In this document: positions 31,801 to 39,595 of the stretch, one piece after another
How positions within the stretch are numbered: the first letter of the stretch is position 1
Layout of the letters: each line of letters begins with the position of its first letter
Assembly: GCF_001194135.2 (NCBI RefSeq)
Contig: NC_068981.1
Coordinates: 41,064,054-41,117,030, forward strand
Direction: 5' to 3'
Source of the DNA: Octopus bimaculoides
Taxonomy: Eukaryota
DNA length: 52,977 nucleotides
Notes under the pieces: generated by a model
Database searches by the model: none
What the model saw: the letters and a program-made list of their open reading frames with translations, nothing else
What the model was told of the DNA's origin: nothing
Made by a program: the position numbers and the translations under genes

Positions 31801-34071
31801 GATATTAGTGCTGTGGATACTGGGTTTTTCCTCCCAAAATGCATGGTGGTACACTTGTCCACAGCCAGCTTGAGTTGCCCGTCTGTGATTCATTGTTGCA
31901 TTGTGTCCTGGTTCAATTGCAGGAAAGGTCTATAGTGTTCAGGATCTGTCTCTCTTATCTTAAGGACACATGATTATTTCTGAAAGTTTTATTTTGGTGT
32001 AAATTAGATAAATTTAACTCTTTATATTCTATTCCATCTTATTTTGTTTAGTATAAAACTTACTGGGCCAATTTTAGGTTTGTATTGAATTATTTTGATT
32101 TAGTTTCCATCAAATTTTTTATAAACCTCACTTGTATGTTGATACAAGTGTTGGGCCTCATGGAGGCGAAAGTGGCTGTGTTCCTTTCGAGCGTTGAGCT
32201 TCATGGAAGCTAAGTGACTGAATTCCTTTCAAGCATTGGGCGTCACAGAGGCAAAGTAACCGAGTTCCTTTTGAGCATTGAGCCTCATGGAAGCAAAGTG
32301 GCTGAGGTCCTTTTGAGTGTTGGGCCTCATGGAGGCAAAGTGGCTGAGTTCCTTTTGAGTGCTGGGCCTCAGAGAGGCAATGACCGAGACTTTTGGCATT
32401 ATATCATGCTTGAGAAGAAAACCTATCAAGCCGAGCAAACTCGCAGTCGTGGCAGTTTCCAGTGTCACGCAAATGGCATCCATGCCAGTGGCACTTAAAA
32501 GCACCCATTACACTCTCACAGTGATTGGCATTAAGAAAGGCATCCAGCCATAGAAAACCATGCCAAATCAAACTGGTGTCTGGTGCAGCCTTCCAGCTTA
32601 CCAACCCTGGTCAAACCGTCCAACCCATGCCAGAATGGACAATGGACATTAAATGACGATACTCATAACCATCACATGATGCCAAAGGACACACACACAC
32701 ACACACACACACATGACAGGTTTCTTTCCTTTCCCTATGCCAAATCCATTCACAGGTCTTTGGTCAACCTAGGGATATGATAGAAAACACTTTTCCAAGG
32801 TGCCACACAGTGAAACTGAATCCAAGACCATGTGGTTCGGTAACAAGCTTCTCAACCACAGACCCATGCCTGTTTAATTACTATAATTATTCATTGATTT
32901 TTAGTTATCTTTTATTTATGCCATTGCAAATTTTATGCTTTTAATATCATCATCATCTTTTAATGTCTGTTCTCCATGCTGGCATGGGTTGGCTGGTTTC
33001 ACAGGAGTTGGCCAACTGGAGAGCTGCCTGTGCTCCATTTGTCTGTCTTGACATGGTTTCTATGGCTGGGTGCCCTTCCTAATGTCAGCCACTTTACAGA
33101 GTGTACTGAGTGCTTTCATGTGGCACTGGCACAGCATGAGCACCTTTGTGTGCCAACTGTCTTATGCTTGTGTTAATATCAAATAAACAGATTTCTTAGG
33201 CTGGATGTTGGAAGCTGTTTCTTGACCTCAAGTTTGTTGTATCCCAACTAATTGGATATTATTGCTCCAATTAGATTTTCTTTTTCTTTCCTGGCATAAG
33301 TCTGGTTTTGAAAATTTTATGCTTTTCTCAACTGCAATCATTTGATTGTAGACTAAGATTACTCAATTAACCATAGTTAATTTAGAGATTCTTATGTTTA
33401 CTGTTAAATAAAAAATGGAATACAATTAGAAAATCTTTACACTTGCAGAAGTTTGATTCCCAACCATGTGGTTTTGGGTTCAGTCCCACTGCATGACACC
33501 TTGATCAAGTGTCTCATTCTATAATTCTGACTCAACAGAAATTTTAAGTAGCTTGTGTGTGTGTGTGTGCATCTGTGCGTGTGCACGCTCATGCATATTT
33601 TTATCTCTGTGTTTGTTTACCTTTACACTTCTCCAAATATGACAGCTACAAGCAATAACTTTCTTGTCATGTCCTCTCTCAAATCACCTGCCACCTTTTA
33701 TGCCTTTGAAGACGTGAAATAAAAGATACCTTACTTGAAAAACAAGTAAGAGTTTGCAACAGAAAGGGCGTCCAACTGTGAAAATAATAAAATAATGCTT
33801 CAATAATATATCCATCTAATGCATGCTAGCATAGAAAAGCAAACAAAAATGAACTTTGGATTGTATCTCACTCTTAATTACTTTTTTCTCTTTTTAATTT
33901 CAGGTTGCTCCTCCTGAAAGTTTTAAAGATATAGTTGTTGAAATGCATAGTTCCCCAGCTAAATATTACTTTCTTGGAGTTATTATCACACTCATTGGAT
34001 TTATTTTTATTGCTGGTCTTACTTGTGGTAGAGTAACAAAACGTCAACGAGCTGAACTAAAAAATAAATAG
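510..34071 (+). CDS. GLG1: Golgi apparatus protein 1 (ESL-1/MG-160/CFR-1), 3' part: 20 coding exons, 2541 nt, 846 aa plus stop; 5' exons lie upstream of the window
   Basis: Twenty GT-AG exons join in one frame with matching phases. The peptide shows repeated Cys-rich GLG1 units and motifs I recall from vertebrate GLG1 (QDFRIDRALQKAC, DYRFSFKFK, VRNDTL, GNAQIIECLKE, DYRLNP, VDPVLHTAC, EMWEYAA), then a TM helix and the basic tail CGRVTKRQRAELKNK. Confidence 0.96.
1095..1915 (+). mobile_element. Decayed RTE-type LINE: ORF2 C-terminus plus 3' UTR and (GAT)n tail
   Basis: Frameshifted RVKGKLYDACIQTVMLHGSEIW and GRGRPRKTWDE-like segments continue into the shared tail. Confidence 0.8.
2263..2504 (+). 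CDS. GLG1: GLG1 window exon 2 (GMPISSECTAEV...ECETQ)
   Basis: caacag acceptor, CAG/gtaaca donor, 242 nt, phase 1 to 0. Confidence 0.92.
4164..4958. mobile_element. hAT (Charlie-like) non-autonomous element
   Basis: Ends CAGTGGTTCTTGA ... TTGAGAACCATTG (imperfect 13-bp TIR, 3 mismatches); 8-bp flanks GTATAAAT / GTATAATT (7 of 8 match) fit a hAT TSD. Confidence 0.65.
5154..5275 (+). CDS. GLG1: GLG1 window exon 3 (LTNLLHEADVGQDFRIDRALQKAC...GDAR)
   Basis: tttcag acceptor, AAG/gttagt donor, phase 0 to 2. Confidence 0.92.
5562..5663 (+). CDS. GLG1: GLG1 window exon 4 (IMSCLMEKLG...YFISRDFR)
   Basis: tttaag acceptor, TAG/gtaagg donor, phase 2 to 2. Confidence 0.92.
6070..6255 (+). mobile_element. 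Old tRNA-derived SINE, degenerate relative of 26090-26320
   Basis: A-box-like TGGCAGAATCATTAG, B-box-like GAGTTCAAATCC, then a tcatcttttctaggggtaataaaat core. Confidence 0.5.
6642..6795 (+). CDS. GLG1: GLG1 window exon 5 (LDEQVYNHC...LPCLY...SELQQ)
   Basis: ttacag acceptor, CAG/gtaagt donor, phase 2 to 0. Confidence 0.92.
6993..7372. mobile_element. hAT-type MITE with 19-bp TIRs and a perfect 8-bp TSD; spans an assembly gap
   Basis: Left CAGAGGCATAACTAGGGTG versus reverse complement of right end CAGGGGCATAGCTAGGGTG (2 mismatches); ATGATATG at 6985-6992 and 7373-7380. Confidence 0.8.
7055..7146. other. Assembly gap (N run after poly-C)
   Basis: N characters in the sequence. Confidence 1.
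7689..7940 (-). mobile_element. RTE 3' UTR/tail fragment, antisense
   Basis: catcatcgtttaatgtcc...ggatgcccttcctaatgc is the reverse complement of the shared tail. Confidence 0.7.
8578..8715 (+). CDS. GLG1: GLG1 window exon 6 (VSRACKHEIKRVMRQRA...TDKGQ)
   Basis: polypyrimidine tract plus aacag acceptor, CAG/gtgaga donor, 46 codons. Confidence 0.92.
9240..10426 (+). mobile_element. Decayed RTE-type LINE: ORF2 C-terminus through the full 3' UTR
   Basis: GEKLEVVVSFHYL and RIGWAKFRELL remnants, GRPRKT motif, continuous into the shared tail. Confidence 0.85.
10900..11049 (+). CDS. GLG1: GLG1 window exon 7 (EVRCLQDNYE...ACTPMIKKFCE)
   Basis: atctag acceptor, GAA/gtaagc donor, 50 codons. Confidence 0.92.
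12228..12341 (+). CDS. GLG1: GLG1 window exon 8 (DQLDNDVDPSEVMDCL...VEHHQL)
   Basis: tctaag acceptor, CTG/gtaagt donor, 38 codons. Confidence 0.9.
13217..13305 (+). CDS. GLG1: GLG1 window exon 9 (ILLKDYRFSFKFKESC...KKTK)
   Basis: ttgtag acceptor, GAA/gtaagt donor, phase 0 to 2. Confidence 0.92.
13567..13936 (-). mobile_element. tRNA-derived SINE with an RTE-type 3' tail
   Basis: Minus strand: GCTGTGTGGTTAG head, AAGTTCAGTC B-box-like, shared central block (gaccaaagccttgtgagtggat), tail aggaagggcatc...ccaacccatg...gatgatg. Confidence 0.7.
14119..14483. mobile_element. Inverted-repeat element (arms 14119-14247 and 14357-14483, ~92% identical) with minimal hammerhead motifs; Penelope-like pLTR or derived non-autonomous element
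   Basis: Arms differ by 8 transitions and 2 indels by eye; each carries CUGAUGA-stem II-GAAAC-like cores. Confidence 0.75.
14154..14199 (-). ncRNA. Minimal type I hammerhead ribozyme motif (intact core)
   Basis: GACAU CUGAUGA A GGCUG-GAGGGUAUAU-CAGCC GAAA CGU U GUGUU: 5-bp stem I with G-U pairs, 5-bp stem II, palindromic ACGU stem III; predicted cleavage after GUU at 14159. Confidence 0.65.
15148..15441 (+). mobile_element. RTE RT-domain fragment fused directly to the 3' tail (internally deleted copy)
   Basis: LDEMQFGFV...LEKAFD segment similar to 48340 onward, jumping at ~15384 to ccatccaacccatg...(GAT)n. Confidence 0.75.
15520..15634 (+). CDS. GLG1: GLG1 window exon 10 (PDVIACLSEHVRNDTL...VELLQR)
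   Basis: ttttag acceptor, AGA/gtaagc donor, phase 2 to 0. Confidence 0.92.
15796..16754 (-). mobile_element. Mariner (Tc1/mariner) transposon relic, ~960 bp, internally deleted, transposase pseudogene
   Basis: TIRs TTGGTTGTCAGATAT and TTAGGTTGTCAGATAT (reverse complement of right end), TA at both flanks. Minus-strand remnants: KAARDICAVY..RTAQKWF, IITSDENGV (TGDE-like), GLIHYEMLE..NADLYIQQM, LLHPPYSLDRIPSDYH (HPPYSPDLAPSD-like); multiple stops and frameshifts. Confidence 0.85.
17401..17493 (+). CDS. GLG1: GLG1 window exon 11 (SESLNLDPELKKAC...PGNAQ)
   Basis: ttatag acceptor, CAA/gtaaat donor, 31 codons. Confidence 0.92.
18692..19095 (-). mobile_element. tRNA-derived SINE with AAAAGA-type tail, antisense relative of 47262-47640; contains (CG)n(CA)n
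   Basis: cttttacttgtttca...gcaccaccttaagaggg and ccagttgtcaag blocks are reverse complements of blocks in 47262-47640. Confidence 0.6.
19447..19518 (+). CDS. GLG1: GLG1 window exon 12 (IIECLKEHQPRLSNNCHKVIFKRE)
   Basis: aactag acceptor, GAG/gttagt donor, 24 codons. Confidence 0.92.
19738..19803 (+). CDS. GLG1: GLG1 window exon 13 (KADSVDNSIDYTLKVVCKKMIK)
   Basis: long pyrimidine tract plus acaaag acceptor, AAA/gtaagt donor, 22 codons. Confidence 0.88.
20734..20857 (+). CDS. GLG1: GLG1 window exon 14 (HYCNNYKSVEILYCLKQHKN...QNTD)
   Basis: ttctag acceptor, CAG/gtaggt donor, phase 0 to 1. Confidence 0.92.
21390..21532 (+). CDS. GLG1: GLG1 window exon 15 (DYRLNPQLQQSC...LEGKVINCLKKQFVHQ)
   Basis: tttcag acceptor, CAA/gtaagt donor, phase 1 to 0. 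Confidence 0.92.
21563..22050 (+). mobile_element. Possible non-autonomous Helitron/Helentron-like element with three internal ~33-nt repeats
   Basis: Starts TAACTAG followed by the degenerate hairpin cctggcgttgcccgag, resembling invertebrate Helitron-like 5' ends (from memory); repeats at 21731, 21901 and 21950; 3' end not defined. Confidence 0.35.
23115..23296 (+). mobile_element. Young RTE 3' tail copy
   Basis: Near-identical to 55-236; ends in (GAT)n. Confidence 0.85.
23609..23710 (+). CDS. GLG1: GLG1 window exon 16 (MLSKNCEYEIQ...AALDYQQDPILAKACHEE)
   Basis: ttgtag acceptor, GAA/gtaagt donor, 34 codons. Confidence 0.92.
23878..24450 (+). mobile_element. RTE ORF2 C-terminal fragment
   Basis: LRVKGRLYDVCIRTAMLHGSKTW and RRLHWFGHMM...GRGRPRKTWDKVV. 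Confidence 0.85.
26090..26320 (+). mobile_element. tRNA-derived SINE with a central block resembling the Meta/MESC domain
   Basis: TGGCAGAATCGTTAG (A box), GAGTTCAAATT (B box), gcctttcatcctttcggggtcaattaaataagtaccag core, AT-rich tail; domain name from memory. Confidence 0.7.
26443..26583 (+). CDS. GLG1: GLG1 window exon 17 (ITQYCFEDANK...ISECLKDK...MCVK)
   Basis: ttttag acceptor, AAG/gtttgt donor, 47 codons. Confidence 0.9.
27860..28192 (+). mobile_element. Degenerate repeat ending in a duplicated RTE-like tail
   Basis: Two successive gaagggcat(c/t)cagctgtaaaaa blocks, then acccatgccagca...gatgac. Confidence 0.55.
28275..28455. repeat. Long imperfect palindrome (arms 28275-28362 and 28374-28455, 11-nt loop)
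   Basis: The left arm aligns to the reverse complement of the right arm at roughly 80% by eye; many differences would be G-U pairs. Confidence 0.85.
28995..29115 (+). CDS. GLG1: GLG1 window exon 18 (EIARIIYEGSSDIHVDPVLHTAC...GMGQQ)
   Basis: ttacag acceptor, AAC/gtacgt donor, phase 0 to 1. Confidence 0.92.
29835..29938 (+). CDS. GLG1: GLG1 window exon 19 (MSCLLSALES...RKEMWEYAAH)
   Basis: ttatag acceptor, CAT/gtgagt donor, phase 1 to 0. Confidence 0.92.
30251..30385. mobile_element. Two short RTE tails joined tail-to-tail (+ then -)
   Basis: ...ccaacccatgctagcatg...gatgatgac is immediately followed by atcatcag...ggcatgggttgg. Confidence 0.6.
31190..31935 (-). mobile_element. CR1/L2-group LINE, RT C-terminal fragment
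   Basis: Minus-strand remnants KCTTMHFGRKNP and HFFTLRVAEAWNKLP..VV, typical of CR1/L2-group ORF2 ends. Confidence 0.75.
32147..32660 (+). mobile_element. RTE 3' end with a 42-bp minisatellite (about 6 units, 32147-32395), then the 3' UTR and tail
   Basis: Unit starts at 32147, 32190, 32232, 32274, 32316 and 32358; the last unit runs into the normal RTE end (gaccgagac...gcttgagaag). Confidence 0.8.
32690..32870 (-). mobile_element. 5' half of a tRNA-derived SINE, antisense
   Basis: ccaaatccattcacaggtctttggtc...ccaaggtgccacacagtg matches the head and centre of 13567-13936. Confidence 0.55.
32946..33150 (-). mobile_element. RTE 3' tail, antisense
   Basis: atcatcatcatc...ccatgctggcatgggttgg...gcccttcctaatg. 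Confidence 0.75.
33440..33845 (+). mobile_element. Old tRNA-derived SINE with a degenerate RTE-type tail
   Basis: gggttcagtcccactgcatgacacctt head block, (GT)n, agaaagggcgtccaactgt tail block. Confidence 0.45.
33904..34071 (+). CDS. GLG1: GLG1 terminal coding exon (VAPPESFKD...TM helix...CGRVTKRQRAELKNK*)
   Basis: tttcag acceptor; hydrophobic FLGVIITLIGFIFIAGLTC, basic tail, TAG at 34069-34071. Confidence 0.94.
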   Translation, partial: VAPPESFKDIVVEMHSSPAKYYFLGVIITLIGFIFIAGLTCGRVTKRQRAELKNK

Positions 34072-35400
34072 AACAGTGTTATGTAAATAATTAGTTTTTT
34101 TTTTTATGTTTTGTTTTGTTTTTCTTTAATGAGAACAAACATAGCTGTGCTGCTGCAAAATGTTTTACCTTGTTTGTGTCATATTATTTGTCTCTGTTGT
34201 TAAATTTAATTTATAATATGAATTTTGAAAGAAATGTGTGAATGGTTAACATAAATTCAATGTAAAATGTCTTCTTGAGTTTTATATGTAGCTATTTTCA
34301 TTATGTAAAAAATTTTTTTTGTGTTCTTTCTTTTAAATATTTCTGGGAAGACACACAAACACACATACACATGCTTACACAATTACTAATTGTGTTCCTT
34401 AATTATTATTATTATTTTTTTTTATTATTATATTCCTGAAAAGTTTGTAAATATTCAGTCTTGCTTTCAAAAAGTAAAAGTTCCCCAATCAGATACATAA
34501 AATTTCCAATATGTTGACTAAAATTATGTTTTAAAAATATTTCAATGAAATATTATGAAGCAAAATAAGTTTTAAATATTCAAATAAGATTGTATAAATT
34601 TATGGCATTAAATTTTGAATAATTTTTTTTTAAACTCTCGACACTCAAAGTTATTGTGATTGCATATTTGGATGTCAACTATTATTAGAAACATTCATAC
34701 AAACTTTACAAATATATTAAAATCTCTTTACATCTCTCCCTATTAAGCTAAAATAAATAAAAGGTTTCATTTAAATCTTCCTACATTATTTACTCATTTA
34801 GATTAAAAGGTATAATTTAAGTATATTCAGCAAATTCCTTGTATATATCTTGATGTGGATTTATTTCTGATTATAGACAAAAACTGTCACATCAAAATTA
34901 AGAAAATGTTAGAATATTATATGAAAAAGCAAAGCAATTACTAAAACATTAACACATCATTAAACTTTTCAATTATTGCATTTATGTGTTTCAACATTGT
35001 GGAACATTTGATTAATATTTGTTCTGAAAGCCAAGCCCCATTTGTTTTAGAGCAGAATTTAATCAATAAAACATTAACTGTGATAATGTGGTCTTGGAAA
35101 AAAAATTATCTCATATTTTCCACAAACGAAACATTCATATATTTGATTTTACAGTCTTTGTTCTTTACAAGCAAATATAAGAAATAAAGTATATTTACAG
35201 CCTCAGTCTTGAAATAAATTTATTATTAAAGCCAAAATTAAAAACTAAACATGTTGAATAGTCAGTAATATTTTATGATTTTTGTTTTCACTATAAACCT
35301 CAAACCCTGTATAATATTTGTAAAAGATTACCTAGCATTTTAACTGTTTAGTATTGTTAAATTATAATATAATAATTTTATATAAACTAAAATAAAAAGT
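34072..35400 (+). other. Probable GLG1 3' UTR (U-rich) with several AATAAA candidates (34752, 35065, 35183, 35391)
   Basis: Follows the stop codon. AATAAA is frequent by chance at this AT content, so the true end cannot be called from sequence. Confidence 0.4.
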
Positions 35401-37519
35401 AATTAAAAAAAATTTTTTTTTAATTTAGTGTATTGAACTTATCATTATGTAACTGTCTACATAGTTGGATATTTTTCAAGGACTTATTCAGTAAAATATT
35501 TGTTTACTTATTCATATAAAATTTTGTTTTAAATTTTTTCTTAAAACAATTTAAATCTTAGAACTAGAATTATCTGTTCTGCTCTCTATTTTTCACAAAT
35601 TTGTGTTGGTTGGTGGAGAGTTGTAAAATTAATAGAAAGCAAAGAAAAATACCAAAGGCATATTTTACTGATCATTAGATTTGATTCAACATAAGATTAT
35701 CTTAATCAGCTTGGAAATTGCTCTGAACATTTTCATGTTTTGTAACCCAAAAGAATTATCATCTTCATTTCTTAAATAAAACTATTTTCCTTCCAATGAA
35801 ATAAAATGTCTTTTCAGTTTTATTTTCTTCAGAATTCACAATTAGCATTAATTGTTTATAATATGTTTCAAAATGCAAGTGTTATTATTATTATTATTAT
35901 TATATTTTCAAATAAAGTTGGTTAAAGTATTCTATATAGCACTCACAAATAAACATAAGATTCACTTACTACTTGAGACAACTAAAATGTTTTAAACTGC
36001 AAATACATCTGGTACCCAAAGATTACTAATGAATTTACCTATATATGTTCTTGGTTGTAATTTTTTTGTAATATTTACATTTACACTATATTTCAATCAA
36101 TTTGACCTCTAGCTGAAACATTGTAGATATCTTTTTATGAACAACTCATCTTGACCCCCTCTGATACCACTTGCCCTGGTTCTGTGATACAAACTTTGTT
36201 TTACAGTGATCTAAATTGTACCTACCAAAAAATTTCATGTTAATTTATGTTCCAAACACTAGCATAATAATGACTTAGTTATCTTACTAAACTCTTCATT
36301 ATTTTCAAAAGAATAACAAAGGTGGTGTGTTTCAACAGAGAGTTAATATATTTCTTTTCCGAAGAAACATTTTGAGAAGAATAGTCTACAAGAACCATTC
36401 ATTAAAGCATTTTTGTGTCTGCAAATCTAATTTTTTTCCCCCATTAAACAATCTTGTATTTTTCATTCTGCTGTCTACCTAAAGAACTTTAGTCTTAGAT
36501 AAATATTATTGACAAAAATAGTTCTCCAAACACTAAATTGCATAAAATATGATCCTATGTTAAAACACTGACAATAAATGTATTCTTAAGGAGACTAGAA
36601 AATAAGTTAAACATAATTTGATGAATATTTTGTATATTTTATACTTAAATTCAATTTATGAGCTTCAAGAAACGTCATTCCATTTTGAGAAAATAGTTAA
36701 GATAACTGAAGTTATACCCCAGTATAGTATTTGTAAATTTTCATATTATGCAGAATACTTATACTAATTCTGATAAAAAAACTGTCATATTTATGATATA
36801 TTGTCATTTCATGGCTTCAAAAAGAGAAAGAAGAGCTTGAAAGAAGAAAATGGCTAGTGTGACAGTGATTATTACTATCAAATTGAGTTTATCAGCTTAT
36901 ATGTAACACTAAGATGCTTATCCAACATTAACTGTAGCGTCTGTTCTTCAATGTCAGTTGTAACGTTGAACTCCAAGTCAATCCTGATTGAGCAAATTTA
37001 TGAAAATTATGACTGTGACTGACAATCCTGTCTTTTTAGGGGTATCTAGAAGTACATTATGAAATGTGGGTGGGGAGCAAAATGTGTGATTTTTAGATTT
37101 GGTTGGTATTTCTAGCAGGTTGAGTCATTATGTAGAGGCTTCCTTTGTTGCCTTGTGATTTGGAGATGTTATTGCTTTTGTTAATGTCAATAAAGTAAAA
37201 TCAAAGAAGTACTTTTGAATTTTAATCAGTAGTGCAATGTGTATTTTGAATATGCAAAGAATTATTCCTTTCTTCATACATATGATAAAAACCTTAGATC
37301 AGATCAGAAAGGGAATGTATGATGTTTTTTTTTTAAGTAATACAGAATTATACGTTTAAAGTTTACTTTTATTAACACATTGGGAGAATGTTATATACAG
37401 TTTCATAGTTTATGGAATGAAATAGTATAGTTAGTAATTGGCAAGACGACAGGTAAATTGACAAAATGTAAGTTTTGTAAATGAATAATAATACCCACAA
37501 TCTTTTTATAATGCCTCTA

Positions 37520-37844
37520 AGGCTGGCAGTTCTGTGCCGGTGGCACATAAAAAGCACCATTTGAGCATGGTCGTTGCCAGTGGCGCCTGACTGGCTCCCG
37601 TACCGCTGGAATGTAAAAAGCACCATTTAAGCGTGGTCAATGCCAGTACCACCTGACTGGCCCTCATGCTGGTGGCATGTAAAAAGCACCCACTACACTC
37701 TTGAAGTGGTTGGCGTTATGAAGGGCATTCAACTGTAGAAACTTTGCCAGATCAGATTGGAGCCTGGTGCAGCCTTCTGGCTTGCCAACCCTCAGTCAAA
37801 CCATCCAACTCATGCCAGCATGGAAAGCGGACGTTAAATGATGA
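37520..37844 (+). mobile_element. RTE 3' UTR copy with ~66-nt tandem hairpin units
   Basis: Units at 37534, 37600 and 37666, then the shared tail. Confidence 0.8.
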
Positions 37845-38929
37845 CTTGTGATAAGATGAACTCTGCTAATGGCAGCCAAGGAGTGGTGATGATGATGATG
37901 ATGATAAACTGAGCAACAAATTAAGTCTACTCAAGCAAAGTACTACTGGTAAGTTTAATCTATTAGTGATAAACAAAGCTAGTAGAAAAGACAGCAAGCA
38001 GTGACCAGGGATTGGAAGATTCCTGTAGAAATTATTTGTTGATCAGATTAAACATTACTTTTTGCCTGTAAATCCAAGATGCATCAGAATTGGACACATT
38101 TAAACATGATAGGAAGTCACTAGCAACTTAAAGTTGAAAATTCTTTGTTCGAAATAGAAAACCAGATTGCTCGGATAGTTTTATTTTGAAGAATATAGAA
38201 CGTTCAAGAGAATTTGCCTTAAATGGTGACTCCAAAGTCGGAAGTTTGAAGCCTAATTCAGCTTAGCAAAACACCAAGCTACTTTACTATCCTATTAATT
38301 TGTGGAATGGTGTAATTTATAATCTCATTCCATTTAATGCACATTTGCTGAAATATATTTCTTTAAGATATAATGTCTATTCTTATCAAATTTTTAAAGA
38401 TGATATTAATCTTATAAAGGAACTCGCAAGAACACGAGAGAATTCAACCCTTTTTAATTTCCACTTGTGTACTTTTAATGGTTTGTCAAGCAGAAACTAT
38501 TGACTATGTAGCAAAATGTAGAGTTTTATACCAGTGACAAGATACAGTTTCCTAATTCATCAACTAAAAGTTTGACACTATGTTCACTGTTATTTTATTT
38601 TCTATTGATTGGTCTGGAAGATGGCCTGCCAATAATACTTTTTCTCTGAACTCTTGAATTATTTTCTATCTTATATTTGACAAGGGGAATCTTTCCCAAA
38701 ATATTATAGAGCATTAAACAACCCATGTAAGGTAATACAATATCTAGTCTTTGTTTTTATTTCTTGGCATCACCTTACATATCTTACCTAACTCTTCACC
38801 TGCATTGCTTAGAGTTTTTTTTAAACATATCCTGAAATGTTTTTATCTCACAGCATCTGCTCATGTCACCTTTGGTATCATCAGTTTTGCCTGAACCTTT
38901 TTCTTTGGCATAGGTTGGATAGCATTCCT

Positions 38930-39110
38930 CATAACATCTTATCTGTGAGGCTCATCACCCTCAGATCTGCCCTCACCATTCTTTTCTAAGTGTTCCCCCA
39001 CCACATGTACCTTCCACTGTTAGCACAATATTTCTTCACGTAAACATATTAAACTGATACCTTTAGTGCTCAGCCATTTTCTCAGCTGTGAGATAAAATT
39101 GATGGTGCTC
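38930..39110 (-). mobile_element. Degenerate RTE ORF2 C-terminal fragment, antisense
   Basis: Minus strand ctaacagtggaaggtacatgtggt...gagcctcacag resembles the other RTE copies. Confidence 0.5.
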
Positions 39111-39335
39111 ATCAAAAAGATTATATTCAATTCATCACTAACCTCCATGAATTTTTTTGTCATGAAGAAGTTTCCATTGCAATGACAAGATTTCAAGTTC
39201 AGTTCCACTGTTCAACACTTTGTCAAATGTTTTTTTACAAAGCCTCACTCCAACCAAATCCTTGTAAGTGAAATCTGGTGGATGGAAACTATAAGTTTAT
39301 TGCAGATGCTACTTAATCTGTTACTCAGTTTAACA

Positions 39336-39595
39336 GTGTGTGTATGTTGCCACCACTGCTTGACAACTGGTTAAAGTGTGTTATGTTCCCATAAATTAGT
39401 GGTTCAGTAAAAACAAACCAATAAAATAAGTACTAGACTTAAACAAAAAAAAAAAAAGTAAGCATTGGGGTCAATTTGCTCGACTAAAAAAAAAAAAAAA
39501 TAAGCATTGGGGTCAATTTGTTTGACTAAAAAAAAAACCCCATCAAAGCAGTGCCCTAGCAAGGCCACAGTGCAATGATTGAAACAAGTAAATAA
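39336..39595 (+). mobile_element. 3' half of the AAAAGA-tail SINE with an internal 42-nt duplication
   Basis: ttgacaactgg...aaataagtact...aaagcagtgccctagcaaggcc...gaaacaagtaaa. Confidence 0.55.

Noticed and set aside
32147-32395. Regular palindromic repeats superficially like a CRISPR array
   Set aside because: Units are contiguous and homologous along their whole length, with no unique spacers and no cas genes. The context is eukaryotic and the unit derives from the RTE end.
34069-34086. Stop-codon readthrough or C-terminal extension of GLG1
   Set aside because: The context TAG-A is not a leaky one, and only 4 codons follow before TAA
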